Numbered from the stretch's first letter, positions 32,685 to 41,691 are shown. The stretch: DNA of 41,692 nucleotides from Pseudomonadota bacterium (GCA_043740655.1 JAYUBV010000350.1:1-41692); one strand, 5' to 3'. The notes: a model not told the origin generated them from the sequence alone. Program-made: numbers and translations.

Positions 32685-34583
32685 TTAAGTCACGGGCAGA
32701 ACGACCGAAAAGGTCGATCCTTTCCCAATTTCGCTTTTTAAATCGATGGCCCCGTCGTGGAGCTCTATGAAATACCGCGCAAGGTACAATCCCAACCCGG
32801 TCCCTTTGACCGATTTGGTGGCGTCGTTCTCGCACCGGTAAAACTTCATGAAAACTTTGCCCTGATCTTCGAGCGCGATGCCAGGCCCCTCGTCGGAAAC
32901 GGATACGCGGACCCAGTCGTCGGATTCTTCAGAAGCGATGGTGACGGTAGATCCCGAAGGGGAATACTTAATCGCGTTTTCGACCAAGTTAGAAAGCACG
33001 CGGCGAACTAACTTCGCATCGATCTTAATGGCGAAGATAGGCTCCAGCCGCAGCTCAATTTCGATGTTTTTCTCCTGAGCGTACGCCTGCTTTTGTTCGA
33101 TGATATCGCGCACGAGCGAGTTAATATCCTTGGTCACCTTATCGAGGGGAACGCGATTGTTTTCGATACGCGTGATATCCAGCAGCGCTTCGACAAACTC
33201 CGTCATTTCGTCCGAGGTCTTCAAAATCGACCGGGCGGCTTTGCTTTGCCGTTCCGAGAGACCTTTTGTATCCGAAAGCATTAGCTCGGCACTACCCTGA
33301 ATGCGTGCGATCGGTGTTTTGAAGTCGTGGGAGATGAGCGACAGAAAATTGCTTTTCATCTTCTCTAGCTCGGCAAGTAGCTCCGTCTGTTCTTGGTAGT
33401 GCCAACGTTTTTGGTACTCGTCCACGAGACGGAACGGAATCACAATGTAAAAGCCTGAGAACGCCAAGATTAGCGGATGGGCCAAATCTACCCAGTAGCA
33501 AAAACCATAAATGAGCAGTCCGCCCGCCATGAGTAAGAACAAGCTTTGCACAAAGACAAAAAACATTGCCCGGCCCGGCGAGAAATACAGTGAGAACGTG
33601 ACCGACAAGATGACGACGAAAATCGCGATGGCCCAGTTCATGAGCTTGGACGCCTTTAGCAAACCTTCGTTTGAGATAAGCGTAGCCAAACCCTGGGCGG
33701 CTCCTTCGATGGCCGGCGTTTTCAACTGCTCGCGCGAAAACGGGGTGAGGATGAAGTCGTACGTGCGTTTAGATGACAACGTAGAACCGATGATGACGAT
33801 CTTATTGCGGAAGTGCGAAGGGTCCCAGCGTCCCTCCGCTACCGAACCACTCGAGTAGGTGGGGTACGGTTCGGAAGGGCTGCGCCACCGGATGTACGTC
33901 TGTACCGATTCTCCGATGCGTTCAAAGTTTCGGCCCGTCCAGCAGCTCTCATTTACCGGCAGGCCGCGCATCTCGCAGGCGACTTTCGCATAAATCGACG
34001 GAATGCCTTCCACCTGCAACATCACGCGACGGGTGACCGAGTCGGCGCCGTACGAAAAGGTATCCCGGGAAATGAAACCCGGTAGGTACTTACCGAATAG
34101 GCCGAGACTCGCCGGCTGGGTGCGCCCCAAACTTTCGTCATCCACATAGCCGACGTGCGTATTGGGCACCTTGGCGAAGGCACGGGACAGTTCGCCAAGC
34201 TCCGCCTCGCTGTAGTTGCTCGCGCCGAAGGAGCTCAGCAGAATAACGTACTTGGGGTTCACCTTGGCCAAAAACGTAAACAGTCGGTCGATCTCGGCCG
34301 ACGGAATGCGTAACTCCCTCGCGTAGCGCAGGCTCGACGGATCGTCGTAAGCAATGAGCGCAATATTCGGATTGACCGCTCGCGGAGCAAAGGCGCGCGC
34401 CAAGCCGTCGAACAAAATGCCGTTGAGACCGTCTAAGGGAAACTGGAGCAGGAAGAGGTAAACGAGAAGGCCTAGGAGATAAGCCAGGCCGTGGGTGCCG
34501 CGGAGCTGTAATTGCCCCCACCACTCGCTAAGCCGGGCAGAAATTTGGCCCGTAAATGGTCTGTGTAATGCTTTCGCTTCCAT
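32685..34583 (-). CDS. Sensor histidine kinase with an N-terminal CHASE2-like extracytoplasmic domain
   Basis: One TM, then a ~280-aa periplasmic region (GILFDGLARAFAPRAVNPNIALIAYDDPSL, VIIGSTL), then three TMs. These are followed by HisKA (LISHDFKTPIARI) and HATPase_c (NAIKYSP, DEGPGI, GTGLGLYL). Confidence 0.88.
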   Translation of the reverse strand: MEAKALHRPFTGQISARLSEWWGQLQLRGTHGLAYLLGLLVYLFLLQFPLDGLNGILFDGLARAFAPRAVNPNIALIAYDDPSSLRYARELRIPSAEIDRLFTFLAKVNPKYVILLSSFGASNYSEAELGELSRAFAKVPNTHVGYVDDESLGRTQPASLGLFGKYLPGFISRDTFSYGADSVTRRVMLQVEGIPSIYAKVACEMRGLPVNESCWTGRNFERIGESVQTYIRWRSPSEPYPTYSSGSVAEGRWDPSHFRNKIVIIGSTLSSKRTYDFILTPFSREQLKTPAIEGAAQGLATLISNEGLLKASKLMNWAIAIFVVILSVTFSLYFSPGRAMFFVFVQSLFLLMAGGLLIYGFCYWVDLAHPLILAFSGFYIVIPFRLVDEYQKRWHYQEQTELLAELEKMKSNFLSLISHDFKTPIARIQGSAELMLSDTKGLSERQSKAARSILKTSDEMTEFVEALLDITRIENNRVPLDKVTKDINSLVRDIIEQKQAYAQEKNIEIELRLEPIFAIKIDAKLVRRVLSNLVENAIKYSPSGSTVTIASEESDDWVRVSVSDEGPGIALEDQGKVFMKFYRCENDATKSVKGTGLGLYLARYFIELHDGAIDLKSEIGKGSTFSVVLPVT

Positions 34584-34683
34584 AAGAAAACGCGAACATC
34601 CCCCAAAACAGCCGTAGTTGGCTTCTCCGGGCCTTTTCGGCGGCAGAGTGGAGTTTTTTTATCACAGCGCAGTGCGGAAACCT

Positions 34684-34708
34684 AGAAAAATGGTGTCATT
34701 TAGACACC
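34684..34708 (-). terminator. Candidate intrinsic terminator after the zinc-ribbon gene
   Basis: The minus strand reads GGTGTC-TAAAT-GACACC followed by ATTTTTC. It lies about 25 nt after the stop at 34734. Confidence 0.5.
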
Positions 34709-34733
34709 GCGGTCCGGGGGTTTTTGGATGCGA

Positions 34734-35483
34734 TTAGGCGTCGAGGGCTGGCTTAGCTTCGATCGGCTCCCCAACGGGAACGACCAGCAGTTTTCCGCAA
34801 CCGGAGCATTGGTGAATCTGTTTGAATCCAATGACTTCGTTGTATGCCTGCGGACGTACGCGGAGGTGGCAACCAAGACAGCGCCCCTCTTGAACTTGGG
34901 CTATGGGAGCCCCACGTCCACCACGGCTCAACCGAGTGTAAATAGTCGATATATTGACGGAAAGTCCTTTAGTGAGATCCATTTGCTGGGACTCGAGGGC
35001 TTCGACCTCGCCCTTAAGCTTGGCGAGGGCCTTTTCCAGGACGGCGCACTCTTCGAGCGTCTTTTTCTCGGCTTCTTGGTACGAAGTTTCGTAGCCCGAA
35101 AAAGCGCCCTTCTTGGTCTCAAGCTCGTTCAACGTCTTAGTCGCCTCTTCTTCGAGCTTAGCCTTGGTCGTTTTGCGTTCCTGCTGTTCGCGATTCGCGG
35201 CCTGAAGCGTGTGCGTGTTGGTCACGTCTTTCATCTTCGCTTCGGACTTTTTTAGAAAATCATCTTCGAGCTGGGCTTCGCGCTGGGCTTCGCGCCCCTT
35301 CTTTTCGAGGTTAACTAGCTTATTCTTTTCGCTCTCGAAAGCCGATTTGGCCTGGTTGAGATTCGCCTGCAGCTTCTTGATATCTTCGGGGATTCTCACC
35401 AAGTCCACTTGAACGCGGTGGATTTGCTCCGCCACTTTTTTAAGATCCCAAAGTACCGAAACTTGCTTTTGAATTTCACTCAT
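34734..35483 (-). CDS. Coiled-coil protein with a C-terminal C4 zinc ribbon (COG1579; HP0958/CT398-like)
   Basis: About 200 aa of heptad-like Lys/Glu-rich helix are followed by CLGCHLRVRPQAYNEVIGFKQIHQCSGCGKLLV (CxxC...CxxC). Confidence 0.75.
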   Translation of the reverse strand: MSEIQKQVSVLWDLKKVAEQIHRVQVDLVRIPEDIKKLQANLNQAKSAFESEKNKLVNLEKKGREAQREAQLEDDFLKKSEAKMKDVTNTHTLQAANREQQERKTTKAKLEEEATKTLNELETKKGAFSGYETSYQEAEKKTLEECAVLEKALAKLKGEVEALESQQMDLTKGLSVNISTIYTRLSRGGRGAPIAQVQEGRCLGCHLRVRPQAYNEVIGFKQIHQCSGCGKLLVVPVGEPIEAKPALDA

Positions 35484-35528
35484 CGTGCCCCGTTATGGCC
35501 CACCTAGCCGGGAAAAGCAATTTAACGC

Positions 35529-36155
35529 CTAGCGTGGCTCATAAATGATCGTCGCCGAGACGAAAGCACCATCATTGCCGAGTTTGTCGATTACGCGAAA
35601 GTGGTAACCAACCTTAGAGAATGCGATAGCGGTGCCGACGGGCGTTGAGAGTGCGGCTAGCGATTGAATCGATTGACGGCGCTCCTCCTCGTCCCCCGTA
35701 AACCGCGCCTTTTCGACCAACTCTCGGTCCGTCGAGGCGTCGCGCCACCCTTGGTTGAAAGCGTCGAGTTGTGAGTCCACGGTGTTGACGTGATCGTCCA
35801 CAGTTTGGTGCTGACTTAGTTTCCACTCGATCCGTTTCACCTTTTCTCCGAAGTGCTTCAACATGGCGCGAACGGCGGAGCGGGCGTTTATCTCGGAGCG
35901 GGTGCCGCGCGAGTCTTCGAGATGCATTCCGAGGCGAAGCGTTCCCTGATCGTCCAAGACCCCGGTAACGTGGAAGTCCTCATGTTCGGGATCGGTCAGT
36001 TTGAAGAGCTTTTCGTCGCGGAAATTTTTACCCACGAGCCCGTCGACCATTTCGGCCAATGTTGGGCCGCAGGGTTCACGACGTCGACGCCAATCGGCCC
36101 GGGCGGACGGAACGATCAGTAAAAGGGCGAGGAGGGCGGGAAACAGTGCGGCCAC
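35529..36155 (-). CDS. Secreted hypothetical protein
   Basis: GTG start. The signal peptide is MAALFPALLALLLIVPSARA. I recognise no family. Confidence 0.5.
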   Translation of the reverse strand: MAALFPALLALLLIVPSARADWRRRREPCGPTLAEMVDGLVGKNFRDEKLFKLTDPEHEDFHVTGVLDDQGTLRLGMHLEDSRGTRSEINARSAVRAMLKHFGEKVKRIEWKLSQHQTVDDHVNTVDSQLDAFNQGWRDASTDRELVEKARFTGDEEERRQSIQSLAALSTPVGTAIAFSKVGYHFRVIDKLGNDGAFVSATIIYEPR

Positions 36156-36176
36156 GGTTTATTCTAACCCAGCCGC

Positions 36177-37214
36177 TTACTTTAGCGCGTCGGGTTTTCC
36201 ATCGTGGTTGCCCATCGGGCGTTGGGGAACATTGTGCCACCAACTCTCCGGAACCTGAGCTTTTCGCGATGGATTGAGTGGGTAGTAGATAAGGCTGGTC
36301 TTCTTACCGGCTTCACCCACGACGAGCAAACGCGCGTCTTTGTCCGAGTTATTGATGAAGGTGTGGTTTGCGCCGGTACCGCAGGGAAATCCGACGGCGT
36401 CGCCGGGCTTAAGTGGGTAAATTTTTCCGTCGATCCACACTTCGGGCGTGCCCTCGATAACGTAAATCAGCTCCTCTTCGTCTTGCTCCGCATGGGGAAA
36501 CGACGTGCGCCGTCCGGGCGGCAGCAGCTCGTGGTGAATTCCCATTCGTTTCAGGCCAAGCGTTTTGGCTAGCGGCGATCCGATGCTGTGTAGCTCGGTG
36601 CTATCGGGATAGTGGTTCCACCCGTCGGCCTCCTGAAGCTCAGAGAAATGTTTGATGCTGGGATGGCCGAGCGAAGGGCGGTGTTCTTTTAATGAAGCTA
36701 GAATATCTGGCCAGCCGTAGGCGACCTCTTTCAGCCTCGTACCGCCGAAATCGTCCCACTTTTCGCCGCAGAGTTTTCCGCCTAGCCTTTCGTAAAACTG
36801 TGCGGTGGGATTCTTCTCGAACACCCACGCGATCGCACTCGTGTGGCCATGACGGAAGAGCTGTTCGAAGGAATCGAGGAGGAGCCGCTTTCCGATGCCG
36901 CGCCCTTGGAACTCTTTTAGAAGGTACAGCGCCATCACTTCGCCTTGGTAGGGCTGTGACTCGTCACGATTCTTGCCTCCGTTGGAGAAGCCGACGACCT
37001 TTCCGGCGGCGTCCTTAGCGACCCAGGTGTGGTGGTGAAGGGCCGGGTCGGAGAGGATCTCCGTCCAGAGTTTGGTGCGGACGTCGTAGCTCAGCGAGGC
37101 GAGATGATCATCGGGCACGATCCCGGCGTAGGTCGTCCGCCAGGTATCGACGTGGACACGCGCGATGTCGGCGGCGTTCTTGGGGTTGGCGGGCTGGATG
37201 TAGAAGAGAATCAT
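36177..37214 (-). CDS. GNAT N-acetyltransferase fused to a C-terminal cupin domain
   Basis: The N-terminal GNAT has the acetyl-CoA loop YLLKEFQGRGIGKRLL. The C-terminal cupin barrel reads HHELLPPGRRTSFPHAEQDEEELIYVIEGTPEVWIDGKIYPLKPGDAVGFPCGTGANHTFIN. Confidence 0.8.
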   Translation of the reverse strand: MILFYIQPANPKNAADIARVHVDTWRTTYAGIVPDDHLASLSYDVRTKLWTEILSDPALHHHTWVAKDAAGKVVGFSNGGKNRDESQPYQGEVMALYLLKEFQGRGIGKRLLLDSFEQLFRHGHTSAIAWVFEKNPTAQFYERLGGKLCGEKWDDFGGTRLKEVAYGWPDILASLKEHRPSLGHPSIKHFSELQEADGWNHYPDSTELHSIGSPLAKTLGLKRMGIHHELLPPGRRTSFPHAEQDEEELIYVIEGTPEVWIDGKIYPLKPGDAVGFPCGTGANHTFINNSDKDARLLVVGEAGKKTSLIYYPLNPSRKAQVPESWWHNVPQRPMGNHDGKPDALK

Positions 37215-37224
37215 AACGATTAAC

Positions 37225-37246
37225 GCTTAATCCCTAAGGATTAAGC
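37225..37246 (-). promoter_or_regulatory. 9-bp stem-loop between the tRNA 3' end and the GNAT-cupin start codon
   Basis: GCTTAATCC-ctaa-GGATTAAGC. It lies 16 nt after the tRNA discriminator base and 10 nt before ATG 37214. There is no U-tract. Confidence 0.35.
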
Positions 37247-37261
37247 CTTAACGACTAAAGT

Positions 37262-37336
37262 GTGGGCCCACCTGGACTTGAACCAGGGACCTACCGGTTA
37301 TGAGCCGGCTGCTCTAACCAAACTGAGCTATGGGCC
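37262..37336 (-). tRNA. tRNA with CAT anticodon: elongator type, probably tRNA-Ile2 (lysidine) rather than tRNA-Met
   Basis: The minus strand GGGCCCATAGCTCAGTTTGGTTAGAGCAGCCGGCTCATAACCGGTAGGTCCCTGGTTCAAGTCCAGGTGGGCCCA folds into a perfect cloverleaf (7/4/5/5-bp stems, anticodon loop CTCATAA). The G1-C72 pair excludes an initiator. The 3' CCA is not fully encoded (CCT). Confidence 0.93.
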
Positions 37337-37339
37337 CTA

Positions 37340-37461
37340 ATTTTTTCGCCTGCTTGCCCCGAGCCTTCGTCCTCTGTCGCTCACGTCGCTCCACCGTACA
37401 TTAAGTACGGCTGCGCTCCGCTCGCTCGTGCGTCCTCGGCTCGGGCCAACCAGACGAAAAA
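37340..37461. repeat. Long imperfect inverted repeat (25-nt arms with T6/A6 ends) enclosing a CT/CG-rich core with a central hairpin
   Basis: TTTTTTCGCCTGCTTGCCCCGAGCC (37340-37364) pairs with GGCTCGGGCCAACCAGACGAAAAAA (37437-37461). As minus-strand RNA I count 22 Watson-Crick pairs, one G-U and two G-G mismatches. The central hairpin is CCGTAC-attaa-GTACGG. The core repeats the motifs CGTCCTC, TCGCTC and CGCTCC. Confidence 0.7.
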
Positions 37462-37479
37462 ATTGTATCGGTACTCCGA

Positions 37480-39381
37480 TCAGTTCTCGATGAACGCTTT
37501 GAGTCGCTTCGACCGGCTCGGATGGCGAAGCTTCCGCAACGCCTTCGCTTCGATCTGACGAATACGTTCGCGGGTTACGTTGAAGTCCTGGCCAACCTCT
37601 TCCAAGGTGTGGTCGGAGCTTTCGCCGATACCGAAACGCATGCGGAGAACTTTTTCTTCGCGCGGAGTCAGGGTCGAGAGCACCTTACGGGTCTGCTCGG
37701 ACAAGTTGATGTTCGTGACCGCTTCCGACGGAGAAATCATCGCTTTGTCTTCGATGAAATCACCAAGGTGCGAGTCTTCGTCCTCACCAATCGGCGTTTC
37801 CAGCGAGATGGGCTCTTTGGCGATCTTAAGGACCTTGCGGACCTTATCGACCGGCATTTCCATCTTCACCGCAATTTCTTCAGGCGTCGGCTCACGGCCG
37901 AGTTCCTGAACCAGGTAGCGCGACGTACGGATCAATTTATTGATCGTTTCGATCATGTGCACCGGGATACGGATGGTGCGCGCCTGATCGGCAATAGCGC
38001 GGGTGATCGCTTGGCGAATCCACCACGTGGCGTAAGTCGAGAACTTGTAACCGCGACGGTATTCGAACTTATCGACGGCCTTCATCAGGCCGATGTTGCC
38101 TTCCTGGATCAGATCCAAGAATTGCAGTCCGCGGTTTGTGTACTTCTTCGCGATGGACACCACTAGACGAAGGTTGGCTTCCACCAGCTCCGCTTTCGCG
38201 ATTTCCGATTTGCGCTCGCCGGCGATGATCGCCTCATACATCTCGCGCAGCTCGCGCGCGCGTACGTTGGCTTCGATTTCGACCGCGTCGATTTTCTTGA
38301 TCGAGTTGTCGATATGGTGCTCGATCTCTAGCAAGCCGGTGTAGTCGATACCGAACTTAGCTTTGATCTGATCTTCGTATTTCTTGTTCTTCTTGGCCTC
38401 TTTGACCATACGACGATAGTCGCCGATGCCGTCGCACTTCAGCTTGCGGAGGAGCTTGTTGATCTCCCACTCTTCTTCTTCGATGCGCTGAACCTGCGTT
38501 TTGAACTTGGCGACGATCTTGTTGATGGTCTTTCGGTTGAAGTTAATCTCGACGAATACGTCGACGATATTCTTCCGATTGGTGGCCAGTTTCTCGCGGA
38601 GTTTTTTCCGATCGATGGCGTTTTGGCCGGCCTTCAGGAGCTTTTGCTCCATGGCGTGGACGGTCTTCTCGAAGCTGCGCACCAGCTTCATACCGTCCAA
38701 AATCTTCTCGCGGCACTCGGCCTCATTCAGACCGGCAAACTGATTGTCGTCCTTTTCCTCGGGCTCCGCTTCTTCCTTCTCTTCTTCTTCGACCGGAGCA
38801 ATGACTACGGGGGCGGAAGCAACGGCGCCGGGTACGCCGGGGGCCGCATTGGGATCCTGGTTCTCCGTTGTATCTTCCTGGCCGCCACGGAGTACGTCGC
38901 GCGCGCGGAGCTTTCCTTTTTCGATCTTATCGCCGATGGCCAAAAATTCTTTGATACCCATCGAAGAGTTCAGAATCACGTCGAGGACTTCTGCCTCGCC
39001 TTCTTCGATGCGCTTGGCGATTTCAATTTCGCCTTCGCGGGTAAGCAGCGCGACCGCGCCCATCTTTTTCAGATAAAGGCGAACGGGATCCAAGCCGCGA
39101 GCTAAGCCGTCTTCTTCCTCGGCGGCCTTAGGAGCCGCCGCTTGCACGGGCTCCTCAGCGGATGATTTGTCGCCATCCTTCTTCCCTTTGACCTGCTTCT
39201 CGTTTTCAACGATTTCGATATCGTTGTCCTCGAGCATGGTCATGACTTCGTCGAGGTCTTCCGAATTGGTAATCTCTTCCGGAAGAGCATCGTTAATCTC
39301 TTCGTAGGTGAGGAAACCTTTTTCCTTACCGGAGGCGATTAATTTCTGAAGTTCCTTCTTCTTTTCGAGCTTCGTGGACAT
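37480..39381 (-). CDS. rpoD: RNA polymerase primary sigma factor (sigma-70)
   Basis: Region 1.1 is acidic. Region 2 reads [54 protein letters not shown]. Region 4 reads [30 protein letters not shown]. Confidence 0.98.
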   Translation of the reverse strand: MSTKLEKKKELQKLIASGKEKGFLTYEEINDALPEEITNSEDLDEVMTMLEDNDIEIVENEKQVKGKKDGDKSSAEEPVQAAAPKAAEEEDGLARGLDPVRLYLKKMGAVALLTREGEIEIAKRIEEGEAEVLDVILNSSMGIKEFLAIGDKIEKGKLRARDVLRGGQEDTTENQDPNAAPGVPGAVASAPVVIAPVEEEEKEEAEPEEKDDNQFAGLNEAECREKILDGMKLVRSFEKTVHAMEQKLLKAGQNAIDRKKLREKLATNRKNIVDVFVEINFNRKTINKIVAKFKTQVQRIEEEEWEINKLLRKLKCDGIGDYRRMVKEAKKNKKYEDQIKAKFGIDYTGLLEIEHHIDNSIKKIDAVEIEANVRARELREMYEAIIAGERKSEIAKAELVEANLRLVVSIAKKYTNRGLQFLDLIQEGNIGLMKAVDKFEYRRGYKFSTYATWWIRQAITRAIADQARTIRIPVHMIETINKLIRTSRYLVQELGREPTPEEIAVKMEMPVDKVRKVLKIAKEPISLETPIGEDEDSHLGDFIEDKAMISPSEAVTNINLSEQTRKVLSTLTPREEKVLRMRFGIGESSDHTLEEVGQDFNVTRERIRQIEAKALRKLRHPSRSKRLKAFIEN

Positions 39382-39577
39382 TCGTCGTTAACTCCCTAAT
39401 CTCGCGGCCCATCTAAATGGGTAAGAATCCCAGTTGAGGAGGCTATAGCATTGCTGGCTTGGAGACAAACCCCAATGCTTACCACGCTGCGACAGCTAAA
39501 ACAACTTGAAGGCCTTTAATTTATCTAACCAAATCTTATGCAATTTCGGGGCCTTGGTTCCGACAAGGGTTTGACCC

Positions 39578-41437
39578 CTAACTCTTGGCAGCCGTCGTAT
39601 CCTGACGTGCGTGCGAGATCGCTTCCAGAAGACGTAACGTCTCTTCTTCTTGTCCCAAACGCTGGGCGAGTTTGACCTGGGTCGTCAGCTGTTGAACCAG
39701 TTTTTCCCGGCGCCGGCGTTCTAAGTCCCGCAAAATTTGGGGGAAAGTGTCCTTCGCTAGCGGAGCGGGCCTGGGGATCTCGGCATCCAAATTCAACAAC
39801 GCTTCGGAAAGGGCGCCGGCTAGCTCGGGGTCGCTGATCTCATTCATCATCGACTCGATCATCGCCTTGGCGCTACTACCCGCATCGGTCATTCCCTTTT
39901 CCAGGGTCTCGATCAAGGCGGCGATCGCCGGTTCTTTAATTTCCTGAGAATATTTTTCCGTCGCCACCTTTATGAACTCATCCGGGTACCAAAGGGCTAG
40001 CTTCAAGAAGGCGCGGCCCAAGGTGTCCTTCTTGCCCAGCAGTGGCAGATTTACCGGTCGGCGCGGTCCGTTGGCGGAGGGCGGCGTTTGTTTTTCGGGC
40101 GGCCGCTGCCCCATCTGGCGTTCGATGTGGGCGGTTAGGGATTGCGGCGACAGACCGAGCAGCAGCCCGACATTGTCCCACAGTAGAGCGCGATCGGGGC
40201 GATTCCGGCTGGAGATGAGGACCGGGGTCAACCGTTCCAGCCATTTCCCTTTTTGCTCTTCACTGAGCTTGCCCTGACCGGACAGCTCTTTAAGTAGCTG
40301 CGTGTCTTGCCGCGGAGCTTGCTCGACCAGCTCGTAAAACTTTTCCGCGCCGGCTTCCTGTACGAACTCATCGGGATCGCGATCGTCGGGCAGTTTCAGA
40401 TCGCGCGCGACGAAGCCCGCATCGAGAAATAGCGGGATCGATCGGCGCCAGGCATCGCGTCCTGCTTCGTCCGGATCGAACACGGTGACCACCCGCTTAG
40501 TAAGCGGCGCCAACCGGCGGCAATGATCCTCGGTGAAAGCGGTGCCCATCGTGGCCACGGCGTTATCCACCCCCTTGTCGTAAAGGCCGACCACGTCCAT
40601 GTAGCCTTCAACCAGAATGGCTTCGCCCTTAAGACGAATGCCGCGCTGATTTTCGTGGAGCGCGTACAACGTATTTTTCTTCGAGAACAAAGCGGTTTCG
40701 GGAGAGTTTAAGTACTTGGGCTGCTTTCCCATTTCGGATTGCGCTGAGCCTTCTTTTCCCGGAAGCAAACGCGCGCCGAACCCCACGACCTGTCCCTCGG
40801 TATCGGTGATAGGAAACATCAGGCGACCGCGGAAACGATCGTAACCGTCATTTTTCCCATCGGTGGACTGAATCACGAGCCCCGCCGCAACGAGCTCCGC
40901 CGACGTGAATCCCTTCTTCTTCAGCCAATCTTTCAGAGTGGACCAGCCGTCTTGGGAAACGCCGATGCGGAATTTGTTGCACGTCTCGATCGTGAGACCG
41001 CGCGATTCTACGTACTCTCTTACTGGCGCGTACTCGGGTTTGTTCCAGAGCAGGTAGTGAAAAAATTTTGCCGCGAGTTCATTTGCTTCAATGAGACGAA
41101 GATCACCGGGCTGGATGCGGGGCTTTTGCGGAACGTAGGCTTTTTGCGTGCGCTCGATTTCGATGCCGGCTTTTTTGGCGAGCCGTTCCACCGCTTCCGG
41201 AAAGCGAAGCCCTTCCACGTTCATCAGAAAGGTGAAGATGTTGCCGCCGCTGTGGCAGCCGAAGCAGTGGTAAATCTGTTTGAGCGGGTGGACGTGAAAT
41301 GACGGCGACTTTTCTTTGTGAAATGGACAAAGCCCCGTCAAACCCGTTCCGCTTTTTTTAAGCGGGACGTACGACTGGATCAGCTCGACGATGTCGATCC
41401 GCTCCCTGATCTGTCCTAATGTGGCTTCATCAAACAT
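39578..41437 (-). CDS. dnaG: DNA primase
   Basis: Zinc-binding domain (CPFHKEKSPSFHVHPLKQIYHCFGCHSGGN), RNA polymerase core, and TOPRIM (AILVEGYMDVVGL, VTVFDPDEAGRDA). Confidence 0.96.
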   Translation of the reverse strand: MFDEATLGQIRERIDIVELIQSYVPLKKSGTGLTGLCPFHKEKSPSFHVHPLKQIYHCFGCHSGGNIFTFLMNVEGLRFPEAVERLAKKAGIEIERTQKAYVPQKPRIQPGDLRLIEANELAAKFFHYLLWNKPEYAPVREYVESRGLTIETCNKFRIGVSQDGWSTLKDWLKKKGFTSAELVAAGLVIQSTDGKNDGYDRFRGRLMFPITDTEGQVVGFGARLLPGKEGSAQSEMGKQPKYLNSPETALFSKKNTLYALHENQRGIRLKGEAILVEGYMDVVGLYDKGVDNAVATMGTAFTEDHCRRLAPLTKRVVTVFDPDEAGRDAWRRSIPLFLDAGFVARDLKLPDDRDPDEFVQEAGAEKFYELVEQAPRQDTQLLKELSGQGKLSEEQKGKWLERLTPVLISSRNRPDRALLWDNVGLLLGLSPQSLTAHIERQMGQRPPEKQTPPSANGPRRPVNLPLLGKKDTLGRAFLKLALWYPDEFIKVATEKYSQEIKEPAIAALIETLEKGMTDAGSSAKAMIESMMNEISDPELAGALSEALLNLDAEIPRPAPLAKDTFPQILRDLERRRREKLVQQLTTQVKLAQRLGQEEETLRLLEAISHARQDTTAAKS

Positions 41438-41445
41438 TTAGATCG

Positions 41446-41691
41446 TTAAACCTTACGAGACAAACTAGCTGCATTTTTGACGCAGTAACGCCTAAGCAGC
41501 TCGGCTGCTTTGGTAATCCCGATGCGAGTCGTGGTGCAAATCTCCGAAGGGCGGACCGTTTTACCTAAGGAAACCACTTTCATTTTCTCGCCCCAAAAGG
41601 TCAATCCATTGTGCGCTAATGTGATGCCCATTCCTTTGGTGAGATTGGCCGGTCCCGCCAGGAGCTTGGCGTCGGAGAAGCCTTTCCCACC
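41446..41691 (-). CDS. DNA-3-methyladenine (alkylpurine) glycosylase, MPG/AAG family, C-terminal part (5' end lies outside the window)
   Basis: The frame is open to the window edge: GGKGFSDAKLLAGPANLTKGMGITLAHNG...TTRIGITKA. This resembles the GPGKLxxALGI...PRIGI blocks of the Mpg family. The stop lies 8 nt before the dnaG start. Confidence 0.6.
   Translation of the reverse strand, partial: GGKGFSDAKLLAGPANLTKGMGITLAHNGLTFWGEKMKVVSLGKTVRPSEICTTTRIGITKAAELLRRYCVKNAASLSRKV

Noticed and set aside
34584-34733. A sigma54 -24/-12 promoter upstream of the CHASE2 kinase operon.
   Set aside because: I read both strands of the gap and found no TGGCAC-N5-TTGC-like element. Only a weak GCAC...TGTG resemblance is present.
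35529-37336. A tRNA-adjacent genomic island downstream of the tRNA(CAT).
   Set aside because: There is no integrase, excisionase or transposase. I could not see a direct repeat of the tRNA 3' end, and composition does not visibly change. This needs a computational repeat search to exclude fully.
39382-39577. Possible promoter and hairpins in the dnaG-rpoD intergenic region: TTGCAT...ATTAAA, AGCATTG...CAATGCT, CCCAT-ctaa-ATGGG.
   Set aside because: The -10 candidate is poor and spacing is ambiguous. The stems are short or have very large loops. The evidence is insufficient to call a feature, although an internal rpoD promoter here is biologically plausible.
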